Of a DNA stretch of 64,000 nucleotides, positions 47,955 to 56,185 are shown piece after piece. Under the pieces are notes generated by a model. The model was not told the DNA's origin. It did no database searches and was given only the letters and a program-made list of their open reading frames with translations. The position numbers were made by a program, and so were the translations under genes. Each line of letters opens with the position of its first letter. Position 1 is the stretch's first letter. Source of the DNA: a virus (taxonomy: Duplodnaviria; Heunggongvirae; Uroviricota; Caudoviricetes); the IMG/VR virus record IMGVR_UViG_3300028653_000011; one strand, 5' to 3'.

Positions 47955-48673
47955 TGCAACGAGTTATCATGTTTGTTGGGCCAGATCGTTGTGGCAAAAC
48001 GCAAATTGCTCAAGCTCTTGCAAAAAAGATGGGTGCGATGTACTTCAAAGCATCGTGGGAACATGCCGCATATCAACAAAGCATAGGTCTTCGTCAAGGT
48101 CGAGATTTAGATCGGGGTGCAGTCGGTGCTAATCTTGATTTAGTGCGCCATCAAGTGCGCGAAATTGCTCGACAAGATGATATTGGATTTTGGGTTGCTG
48201 AGACAAAAGATAGTGATGGTAAACTCACTCGACAGACTCTTGAACCCAAGGCATTTACGAAAAAAGATCGATTTTTGAATGAATTACGGTTTGCCGATCC
48301 GCGTACATTTGATTTTGTGAAACAATTAGGAGAACAACTTGGAACAAGCGTTGTGTTTGATCGTGCATACCCTTGTGAAAGTGCGTATTCAACCGTAATG
48401 TGCCGTGAAACCGATCAATCAGCGCTTGAACAAATTGATCGTTGGTGGTCATCTCTTAATACTTTGATTATTGTGTGTCGTCGATCTAACTACAGTGGCA
48501 TTACAGACGATCTTGATTCTTCAATCAATGGTGACGTACTTCAAAAACTTGATGACGCATACATGGAATTTACCACGTGGACGCGGTGCTTCTTCAAAGA
48601 ACTCAACGTCGACGATGAAGACCTCGACCGCGAAGTCAATGAGATCCTGCAGTTCATCGGATGGGAGAAGTGA
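47951..48673 (+). CDS. dNMP kinase-like (second thymidylate-kinase fold)
   Basis: FVGPDRCGKTQ, VFDRAYPCESAY. Confidence 0.7.
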   Translation: MMQRVIMFVGPDRCGKTQIAQALAKKMGAMYFKASWEHAAYQQSIGLRQGRDLDRGAVGANLDLVRHQVREIARQDDIGFWVAETKDSDGKLTRQTLEPKAFTKKDRFLNELRFADPRTFDFVKQLGEQLGTSVVFDRAYPCESAYSTVMCRETDQSALEQIDRWWSSLNTLIIVCRRSNYSGITDDLDSSINGDVLQKLDDAYMEFTTWTRCFFKELNVDDEDLDREVNEILQFIGWEK

Positions 48674-48681
48674 GGTGATCC

Positions 48682-48867
48682 ATGTGGCTCTATGACAGCG
48701 TGGCGAACGTGTGGCACATGTGGGCAATTGCCAGCCCAACGATCGGCACCAAGGCATGGTGCGGCTTCGCTCTAACGGCAGATTGCACCCCCACGGGCGG
48801 CACCACCGGCATCCGCTGCGTATCGTGCAGTTACCTCTTCACCAAGTCGAGGCCCCAACGTGCCTAA
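48682..48867 (+). CDS. Small Cys-rich hypothetical protein
   Basis: WH...CG...CVSC. Confidence 0.4.
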   Translation: MWLYDSVANVWHMWAIASPTIGTKAWCGFALTADCTPTGGTTGIRCVSCSYLFTKSRPQRA

Positions 48868-49354
48868 TACCTGTCACTTCTGCGCCAAGCCAACGAAGCC
48901 GGGTCACAACTACTGTGATTGGGACTGTCACGTCGCTGATGCCAAGCGCATTGGGGGCAAGGTCAAGTGTCCCAACGGTCTGCGCATCGCCTGCATCAAG
49001 CACAACGGCGACATGCTGGAACACGAGCACGGTGACCACCCGGACTACAAGTTTCCCGTCACCGTCGAGTACCACGGCACCGACTTCGAGCGCGCCGAGG
49101 TGCAGCTGGCGATCTATGGCAAGCTACTCACGCCTGCTGAATTGCTGCGCTCCCGTGATCAGGTGCACGCGCTGATCTACACCGACGGAACCATCGCGGT
49201 GACAATGTACGAATGTTGTTACGCGACGTGGTTCATCAATCAATCAAGCGTTTCCCGTGTGGTGGGTAACCTGTGGGAGCGCGGTGAGTGGGCGTTATCT
49301 GCGGCTTCACGCACGAAGATCAGTGACTTGTACAATGGCTCGCGTGGGCACTAG
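48860..49354 (+). CDS. Hypothetical protein with N-terminal Zn finger
   Basis: CHFC...YCDWDC. Confidence 0.5.
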   Translation: MPNTCHFCAKPTKPGHNYCDWDCHVADAKRIGGKVKCPNGLRIACIKHNGDMLEHEHGDHPDYKFPVTVEYHGTDFERAEVQLAIYGKLLTPAELLRSRDQVHALIYTDGTIAVTMYECCYATWFINQSSVSRVVGNLWERGEWALSAASRTKISDLYNGSRGH

Positions 49355-49363
49355 AATCAGCAC

Positions 49364-49915
49364 ATGAAACTCTACTGGCTTGATCTAGAAACCACGGGTC
49401 TCGATCCCTCAAGCACCGAGATTCTTGAAGTGGCGGTCGCCGAGGCTGACTTGCTCAACCCCTTCGACGTCAAGCACATCTATCACGCGGTGTTGCCGCT
49501 CCTCACGCACGTCGAGCAGCTTAACCCGTTCATTGTCAACATGCACACCCAGAACGGGTTGTTGGCCGAGTGTCAGGGTCCGAATACCAAGTCGCTAGCG
49601 CAGGTTGACAAGGAACTGGCTGCGTTGATTGCGTGGGTCGACGACAAGGACGAGCGTGCCACACTGGCCGGGTCGAGCATTCACTTCGACCACTCGTACA
49701 TCAAGGTGTACATGCCGCTGACCAACAAGAATCTGTCATACCGTCACTATGACGTGTCAGCACTGAAGTTGTTCTGCCAATCGATGGGCATGCCCAAGTT
49801 CAAGAAGGCCGAAGCGCACCGTGCCAAGGACGACATCATCGAGAGCGTTGACCACGCCAAGGCCTGCAAGGAGTGGCTGACGGCGAACTTGAGCTATGCG
49901 CCGGTGATGAAGTGA
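49364..49915 (+). CDS. orn: Oligoribonuclease-like DEDDh exonuclease
   Basis: WLDLETTGLD, EILEVA, LAGSSIHFD, YRHYDVSALK, HRAKDDI. Confidence 0.85.
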   Translation: MKLYWLDLETTGLDPSSTEILEVAVAEADLLNPFDVKHIYHAVLPLLTHVEQLNPFIVNMHTQNGLLAECQGPNTKSLAQVDKELAALIAWVDDKDERATLAGSSIHFDHSYIKVYMPLTNKNLSYRHYDVSALKLFCQSMGMPKFKKAEAHRAKDDIIESVDHAKACKEWLTANLSYAPVMK

Positions 49916-50139
49916 AGCTCGGCCTCATCTTCGTTGGGTTGTTGGCGCTGTGCGGGTGTTCGCAGACCGCACAGGTCCTGTCGAAGGATGGAACTAAGGT
50001 CGCGGCGGTGTGTGAGGGTGGTAACTGGGTGCTGTGCATGACCACAACGTGCCCCAACGGTTACGACGTTGTCAGCATTGACATGCGAAACAGTGAACGC
50101 GCGCCACAGGACGCCAACGCGATCGTCAGGTGCAAGTGA
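49912..50139 (+). CDS. Small lipoprotein
   Basis: MKLGLIFVGLLALCG|C lipobox. Confidence 0.6.
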   Translation: MKLGLIFVGLLALCGCSQTAQVLSKDGTKVAAVCEGGNWVLCMTTTCPNGYDVVSIDMRNSERAPQDANAIVRCK

Positions 50140-50146
50140 GTGTTGA

Positions 50147-51238
50147 TCAGTCAGCCAGTCTTGACAGGTGCTCGTACACCAGCTCATCGATGATCTGCCT
50201 GGCCTCGTCAATGGGATCCCACGTCTGCGTGTGATCAAAGCCCAGCTTCTTGACCTTCAACTTGCCGTCGGGGTCACGGGTGACCTTGGCATCCTGGCCT
50301 GGGTTGAACCGCGTGTTGGTGGTGGGCCCGGGACCGTAGGCCTTGCCCTTGTAGCGGGTGTGGACGGGACGGTTGTTCTTGCGGCCGTAGATGCGGTAGG
50401 TGTCCTTCGACGCGCCGGGGGTACGGACGCTGTTGGCCGGGTCAGCCTTGGGTTTCTTGGCCCAATCGGGCTGTTCTGCCTTGGGACGGTCATATGTACC
50501 AGCGCTGGGTGGCTTGGCCCAATAAGGTTGTTCTGCCTTGGGCGGGGGTGGGCGACCGGGTCGAGGTTTTTCGACATAGCCCTTCTTGCGCTTGTCATTG
50601 ATCTGTGCCTGCGCCACGTGGACCGCCATGCCGTTTGCACTGTAATCCTCGGTAGTGGTTTGACCCGCTGAACCGATGCGGCCCCATCGCTTGGTGAGTT
50701 TATTACCACTAACGCTGATCTCCCAGAACTTGCTCGATGAACCACCCACGAATTCGAAGTAGCGAGGCTCTCTGAACCCGCTCTTTCGTTGCTCCTCCTG
50801 CGCTTTCTTCGCCGAGGCCTGGTCATTGTATGTTCCACCGGCCGATGCTGGTGGGGGTGGCTGCTTTTTCCACCATGCATCGCGCTCGTCGCGTTTGCTG
50901 GAATTCCATCCGTCTTGTGGCGGGGGAGGTGCTGCCTTGGGTGGTGCCGCATGGGCCTTCGCCGCCTTGGGATCTTCATAACCCTTGAATTCGGCGCCGA
51001 ACCTGAACTTGTTGGTGGGGTTGAGCAGCCGATCCTTGGCATTGTTGATGTCGACCATCTTGCCGTGGGCGTTGGGATCGCCTGCGTTGCGGTCGGGGTG
51101 GTGCTGGAGGGCCAACTTCTTCCATGCCGCCTTGATCTGATCCTCCGACGCACCCTTGGGCACCCCGAGGATATCATAGGCGTTGAGCAGGGCCTCTTGG
51201 ATCAGGCGCCTGACCTCGTGGATGTTGAGCCTCATCAC
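50147..51238 (-). CDS. Leader-motif + DnaJ J-domain + WGR-domain protein
   Basis: MRLNIHEVRRLIQE; YDILGV...WKKLALQHHPDRN; SKFWEI...RWGRIGSAGQ; TATTTA on the minus strand at 51241-51246. Confidence 0.85.
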   Translation of the reverse strand: MMRLNIHEVRRLIQEALLNAYDILGVPKGASEDQIKAAWKKLALQHHPDRNAGDPNAHGKMVDINNAKDRLLNPTNKFRFGAEFKGYEDPKAAKAHAAPPKAAPPPPQDGWNSSKRDERDAWWKKQPPPPASAGGTYNDQASAKKAQEEQRKSGFREPRYFEFVGGSSSKFWEISVSGNKLTKRWGRIGSAGQTTTEDYSANGMAVHVAQAQINDKRKKGYVEKPRPGRPPPPKAEQPYWAKPPSAGTYDRPKAEQPDWAKKPKADPANSVRTPGASKDTYRIYGRKNNRPVHTRYKGKAYGPGPTTNTRFNPGQDAKVTRDPDGKLKVKKLGFDHTQTWDPIDEARQIIDELVYEHLSRLAD

Positions 51239-51255
51239 CGTAAATAGGGGTGTAG

Positions 51256-52599
51256 ATGGGCGTGTGCGGGAGTAAAATGAAGAGCATGAAGCGACTACTG
51301 GTGACGACGCAGTTGAGCAACTTTGTCGACGGTAAAGCAGATCTCGCTTGCGATAGCGGGTGGCAAATGTGCATCAACCGCATCCGCGAGATGCTACGAT
51401 TGAACCCCAACCTCTACGTCGACATCATGGGACCCAATGAGGATCAGTTGGTGCAGCACCCCGCCGACGTCAATCCTGATCTGGTTGCGATGTACGGCGA
51501 GATCGACGTGCCACGATTGCGGTACATTGAGCACCCAATCGTCACCAGCGCGCTGATCACCCGCTATGACTTCAAGTGGTCGGAGATCGCCGACTCAATG
51601 GGCCTCGAGGAACACAAGGCTGATGTCACCCAGCGCTATGACGCCGTCTATGTGAATGATCCCATGCAGCTCCGCGCCTTCAAGGCCATGTTCCACGTCG
51701 TCGGGGGCTACCAACCCAAGTTCTTCGTGCACTCACACTTCGTCGACGTCCCCGAGGTCCCCAAGTTCCCAGCCGAAGCGTCGCTGTGGCTGGGCCAGTG
51801 CGAGGCCACGCTGAAGGCTGACTACAACTTCTGGCAGTGCGAGTCGGCGATGAACCAGTTCTTCGACAGCATGGGCAAGTGGTTCGTGCAGGACGTGGTC
51901 GACGACGTGCGGGCTAAATCGCAAGCGTCTGATGACGGGTATTCGATTGCGGAGATCACTTCGCCCATATGCCAAGCTAATCTACGGTTTACGGACGCTG
52001 AGTGGCGTGCCAAGACTAATGGTAAGGTGGTACTGTTCTTTCCCAATCGCATTAGCCAGAGTTCAAGTGATTACACGCGTGGTTGGTGGTTCACACATGA
52101 GTTCATGCCCAAACTTCGACAACGTCGCCAAGACTATGTCGTGGTGTGCGGTAATCCTAACATGAAGCTGTCGAATGATGAACTCGTTCAATTATGTGGG
52201 CCTCATGGTTATGTTAAGCTGCACGATCACACGTTCAATCGTGATGAGTATAAGTACGTTGCGTCACACAGTGACATTGTCGTAGCGCTGTATGATGCCA
52301 AGAGTGACGCGTACGGTGGGACGGCCTCTCGAGAATGCATTGAATTGGGGTGTGTACCATGCTGGCCTTCTTGCAATGAATATTTGAGCCTTGCTCGAGA
52401 AGCAAGAGTTGAACACCTATTGGCCAAGTCTGACTTGTCTGATTTAGTAGACGTCGCAGACAATCTCATTGGTCTTGCGGGTTCATCATCTTTGCCATTG
52501 AAACAGTACAATGAACGATTGCGTGAAGTTGTACGTAGGCGCTGTTCGTTTGAACAGACTGTTCCCACAATGATGAAAAAGATGGGTCTACTATGCTAA
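51256..52599 (+). CDS. GT-B fold glycosyltransferase
   Basis: VHSHF, FPNRIS, RDEYKYVASHSDIVVAL, YGGTASRECIELGCVP (GT4/GT1-like C-terminal motif). Confidence 0.65.
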   Translation: MGVCGSKMKSMKRLLVTTQLSNFVDGKADLACDSGWQMCINRIREMLRLNPNLYVDIMGPNEDQLVQHPADVNPDLVAMYGEIDVPRLRYIEHPIVTSALITRYDFKWSEIADSMGLEEHKADVTQRYDAVYVNDPMQLRAFKAMFHVVGGYQPKFFVHSHFVDVPEVPKFPAEASLWLGQCEATLKADYNFWQCESAMNQFFDSMGKWFVQDVVDDVRAKSQASDDGYSIAEITSPICQANLRFTDAEWRAKTNGKVVLFFPNRISQSSSDYTRGWWFTHEFMPKLRQRRQDYVVVCGNPNMKLSNDELVQLCGPHGYVKLHDHTFNRDEYKYVASHSDIVVALYDAKSDAYGGTASRECIELGCVPCWPSCNEYLSLAREARVEHLLAKSDLSDLVDVADNLIGLAGSSSLPLKQYNERLREVVRRRCSFEQTVPTMMKKMGLLC

Positions 52600-53618
52600 T
52601 TGAAGTTCTCGAAACATGGATCAAGACGCCTCGATACAAGAATCGTGGTAAACGACGATTGTTAGCGATTGTTGCGTGTGATGCGTGCGGCAAACGTGAA
52701 CAGCTACCATACATCAACGGAATGTGGGAGACTCGAAAACGCGTCTGTTCACCTGAGTGTGATACAAAACTACGATCTCGTGGTGGTGCGCTTTATGCAA
52801 GTATCACGGCGACGAACGTAGAGCGATATGGCGCAAAGTACGCATCAGCGACTGATTTAGGAAAGCACAAACAGGAAGAGACAAATCTTAGAAAGTATGG
52901 ATATAAGGCATCCTCACAATCACCTGAAGTTGAAGCTAAACGACTTAACACGTGTCTTTCTATGTATGGCGGACCTGCAGCAACAAGTGACGCGAACGTC
53001 AGAGCGAAAGTCAAGTTGACGTGTGATACCAAGTTTGGTGGTGGTGTGTTGCTCGATGATGATATTCGAGAGCAATTCAACGCAACTATGGTAGAACGAC
53101 ATGGTGCACCGTGGGCAGCACAATCAGCAATCATTCTCGCTAAACAACATCAGACCAACATTGAACGTTATGGAGTTGCGTTTCCATTCCACACAGATGA
53201 AGCGAAGTCAAGAGCACACTCACCCCAAGCGCTACTCAAACGCCATGAGACCATGAAGCGTAATGGCACATACAGGACTTCAAAGCCTGAAGACCGTCTC
53301 TATCAAGTTCTGTGTGAGATGTTTGATATAGACGACGTCGACCGCCAGACGCTCGTATACAAGTGGCCAATTGACTTCTACGCCAAGAGCATTGACACCT
53401 ACGTACAGTACGACAGTTATTGGCATGGCGTCGGACGCGCAATCATTGAGGTCGCTGAACACAAGGTGCCTCGAGACGTCTCGATTCACAAGAAGATGCT
53501 GACTGACATCGCTCAGGATGCGTACTTCGCCGAACGTGGCATGCGGCTCATTCGTGTGCAGAGCCTGACGCCTGAACAGATTACCCCCGCGGCCATGCGT
53601 CGCATGGGCCTGCTGTGA
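52593..53618 (+). CDS. Homing-endonuclease-like protein (paralog of 8405-9337)
   Basis: CDAC, RYG/KYG repeats, IDFYAKSIDTYVQYDSYWHG. Confidence 0.7.
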   Translation: MLIEVLETWIKTPRYKNRGKRRLLAIVACDACGKREQLPYINGMWETRKRVCSPECDTKLRSRGGALYASITATNVERYGAKYASATDLGKHKQEETNLRKYGYKASSQSPEVEAKRLNTCLSMYGGPAATSDANVRAKVKLTCDTKFGGGVLLDDDIREQFNATMVERHGAPWAAQSAIILAKQHQTNIERYGVAFPFHTDEAKSRAHSPQALLKRHETMKRNGTYRTSKPEDRLYQVLCEMFDIDDVDRQTLVYKWPIDFYAKSIDTYVQYDSYWHGVGRAIIEVAEHKVPRDVSIHKKMLTDIAQDAYFAERGMRLIRVQSLTPEQITPAAMRRMGLL

Positions 53619-53619
53619 C

Positions 53620-53946
53620 ATGAAACCCGGTGACCTCATCGAGTGGGCGTACAAGTCGGACGGCAAAGTCGTTCACCCCCATGAAGAATTGTGGTCATCG
53701 ATCGAGAAACGCTACGTGCCCATCGGCGGCCTACACCTGTTCGTCAGCAATGTTGACGGCACCCTGACATGGCTGCCTCTGGGTGAGAATTGTAAGGGGT
53801 TGCTCCACGCGCGCGAGGCTGATACGATGGCCAGGTCGGGCCGGTCGTTCGCGACGAGCGGTTGCTCCACGCGCGCGAGGCTGATACCGACCTGTACGGC
53901 GAGTGGTGCGACGACGAAGTCGGTTGCTCCACGCGCGCGAGGCTGA
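53620..53946 (+). CDS. 'MKPGDLIEW'-family protein reading through a CRISPR mini-array
   Basis: Family motifs; the stop codon lies inside the third repeat. Confidence 0.65.
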   Translation: MKPGDLIEWAYKSDGKVVHPHEELWSSIEKRYVPIGGLHLFVSNVDGTLTWLPLGENCKGLLHAREADTMARSGRSFATSGCSTRARLIPTCTASGATTKSVAPRARG

Positions 53947-53949
53947 TAC
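53798..53949. CRISPR. CRISPR mini-array, 3 identical 28-nt repeats and 2 spacers of 34 nt (type I-E-like)
   Basis: GGTTGCTCCACGCGCGCGAGGCTGATAC at 53798, 53860 and 53922. Spacers are GATGGCCAGGTCGGGCCGGTCGTTCGCGACGAGC and CGACCTGTACGGCGAGTGGTGCGACGACGAAGTC. Confidence 0.85.
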
Positions 53950-53997
53950 GGTAGGCGTGCCGAGACGTCGCCGATTGTACCCACGCCTGTACCACAC

Positions 53998-54026
53998 CTG
54001 AACACTGATCTCTCATGTGGTACAGT
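53998..54026 (+). promoter_or_regulatory. Promoter CTGAAC-N17-TACAGT (leaderless)
   Basis: ATG 54034 lies 7 nt after the -10 element; shares CCTGAACACTG with the 5775 promoter. Confidence 0.7.
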
Positions 54027-54033
54027 CTAACCC

Positions 54034-54990
54034 ATGACCGAACGGGTATTGATCACGGGCGCGGCGGGTTTCATCGGCTCAAACCTGGTCACCCGGTGCC
54101 TGGCCGAAGGGTGGGTCGTCCGCGGCGTCGACGACATGAGCAGTGGCCACCGAGAACTGCTGCACCCCGCCTTTAATACTGGTAGCCTGTTGATCGGCGA
54201 CTTTGCCGCTGATTTCGTCCTCAACTCGATCAGGGCACAGGCCTTCGACGTCGTCATTCACCTGGCGGCGACGCCCCGCGTCAGCTATTCCGTCGAACAC
54301 CCGCTGGAAACGCACGACAACAACGTCACCAAGACGCTGAAGTTGCTCGACGCCTGCACGGGCAACGTCAAACGCTTCGTCTTCGCCAGCTCCAGTGCCG
54401 TCTATGGTGGCGCGCTGGAGCTGCCCACTCCCGAGACGGCACCCAAGGAACCCAAGTCGCCCTATGCACTCCAGAAGTCGATCATTGAGGACTACCTGAA
54501 GTTGTACAGCAACCTCTACGGCCTCGACAGCGCTTGCCTGCGGTTCTTCAACGTCTTCGGCCCGGGCCAGTTGGGTAGCAATCCCTATGCGACGGCGATC
54601 GCGGCGTGGCTGACAGCGATCAAGCGCGGCGAGCCCATGCGCAGCGACGGTGACGGCTTTCAAAGCCGCGACATGTGCTACGTCGACAACGTCACTGATG
54701 CCTGTGCCAAGGCGGTGCAGAGCAAGGTACCCCTGATGGGAGCGTGTTACAACGTGGCCTGCGGCGACAATGTCTCCAACAACGACATCTTGGCGGTGTT
54801 GCGGGCCCATTACCCAGAGGCGACCGTCGTCAATGCGCCGGCTCGACGGGGCGACGTGATGCACACCATGGCCGACGTGTCGAAGGCCCAGCAACAGTTG
54901 GGCTACGTGCCGCTGGTCAAGTTCTGGCCGGGCCTCATCAAGACGATGATGTGGTACGAGCGTGAGTGGGAACAGATCAGGAGCCTGTGA
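54034..54990 (+). CDS. NAD-dependent NDP-sugar epimerase (extended SDR, GalE/WbpP-like)
   Basis: TGAAGFIGSNL, HLAA, FASSSAVYG, YALQK, LRFFNVFGPGQ. Confidence 0.9.
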   Translation: MTERVLITGAAGFIGSNLVTRCLAEGWVVRGVDDMSSGHRELLHPAFNTGSLLIGDFAADFVLNSIRAQAFDVVIHLAATPRVSYSVEHPLETHDNNVTKTLKLLDACTGNVKRFVFASSSAVYGGALELPTPETAPKEPKSPYALQKSIIEDYLKLYSNLYGLDSACLRFFNVFGPGQLGSNPYATAIAAWLTAIKRGEPMRSDGDGFQSRDMCYVDNVTDACAKAVQSKVPLMGACYNVACGDNVSNNDILAVLRAHYPEATVVNAPARRGDVMHTMADVSKAQQQLGYVPLVKFWPGLIKTMMWYEREWEQIRSL

Positions 54991-55187
54991 TGAAGATCAC
55001 CTTGACGGCCGATGAAGTGCGCGAGGCCTGCGCGATGTACGTCCGCAGCAAGTACGAAAATTTGCGGGGTGCAACTCTGGCGGTGCAACTGCACCGTCGT
55101 CAACTGACGCCGCAGGAGGAATTCGACGCCTCGCACGGCTACGTCAACGACATGACGGACCGCGTTGAAGCCGTGGTGGACGCATGA
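54990..55187 (+). CDS. Hypothetical protein
   Basis: Coupled ATG. Confidence 0.45.
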   Translation: MKITLTADEVREACAMYVRSKYENLRGATLAVQLHRRQLTPQEEFDASHGYVNDMTDRVEAVVDA

Positions 55188-55417
55188 GCAATGTCAGGTC
55201 AGTCGCAGATTACCATGCAAATCACGCAATTGAAGCACTCAAAGTGCTCATTGAGTCAACGCCTGAAGGCGAGTTCGTAGATATCCCACAAACACGTCAA
55301 CAGCTCGAACAGATGCGTCAAAAATTGATCGGCATCGAACACATGAAGGATAGCGTCGCATACATCGATTATCAACTTGAACAGGGTGATTTGGGAAGGG
55401 TACGATTCGCAACATGA
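55184..55417 (+). CDS. Hypothetical protein
   Basis: Coupled ATG. Confidence 0.45.
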   Translation: MSNVRSVADYHANHAIEALKVLIESTPEGEFVDIPQTRQQLEQMRQKLIGIEHMKDSVAYIDYQLEQGDLGRVRFAT

Positions 55418-56169
55418 TTACTAACACCGTCTCTGACATGCGACTGGAGCTGGCACGTCACCTCGCTGACCAGCGCTTCACCAGCGTCAACCGTGAGGCG
55501 TCAATGACGTCGCTGGTCGGCGCCAAGACGATCGAACTGTGTGGTGTCAACTTCATCGCCGACCAAGAAGTGCTGTTCGGCAAGCTGAACCACGATTACC
55601 TCAAGCGTGAGGAACAGTGGTACCAGTCAATGTCGTGCAGCGTTGATGACTTTCCGGGTGGCGCCCCCGCGGTGTGGGAGGCAATCGCCTCGAGGGATGG
55701 ACTGGTCAACTCAAACTACGGCTACCTCATCCGTCACTCCGACAATGGTTATCAGTTCGACCACGTCGTTAACGAGTTACGAAGGAACCCGGAGTCCCGC
55801 CGAGCGGTGATGATCTACACCCGGCCGTCGATGTGGGTCGACTACAATAAGGGTGGGCGCTCTGACTTCGTCTGCACCAACACGGTGCAGTACCTGATCC
55901 GCGACGGTTCGGTGAGTGCTGTGGTGAATATGCGCTCACAAGATTCACACATCGGATATAAGAACGATCGCGAATGGCAGCGATTGACGCTCAACGCCGT
56001 CGCTGATGCGGTGGGAGTACCAGCGGGCGTGCTGATGTGGCAGGTGGGGTCGCTCCATGTCTACCAACGTGACTTCTACCTCGTCGATCACTTCATCAAG
56101 ACGCGTGAAGTCAACATCACCAAGGCGCAGTACCGTGAACTGTATCCCACGTCGCCGTATAATGAGTGA
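55414..56169 (+). CDS. dCMP hydroxymethylase-like (thymidylate synthase fold)
   Basis: NPESRRA, DFVCT, AVVNMRSQDSHIGYKNDREWQ, GSLHVY; Asp at the ThyA Asn177-equivalent position. Confidence 0.85.
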   Translation: MITNTVSDMRLELARHLADQRFTSVNREASMTSLVGAKTIELCGVNFIADQEVLFGKLNHDYLKREEQWYQSMSCSVDDFPGGAPAVWEAIASRDGLVNSNYGYLIRHSDNGYQFDHVVNELRRNPESRRAVMIYTRPSMWVDYNKGGRSDFVCTNTVQYLIRDGSVSAVVNMRSQDSHIGYKNDREWQRLTLNAVADAVGVPAGVLMWQVGSLHVYQRDFYLVDHFIKTREVNITKAQYRELYPTSPYNE

Positions 56170-56185
56170 AGGAGCAACACCGAAA

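Noticed and set aside
53620-53949. Diversity-generating retroelement explanation for the paralog variability
   Set aside because: There is no reverse transcriptase in the window, and the differences are whole-segment replacements rather than adenine-specific changes.
53973-53987. GATTGTACCCACGCC as a fourth array repeat
   Set aside because: It is only 51 nt from repeat 3 and weakly similar; at most a decayed ancestral terminal repeat, so it is not counted.
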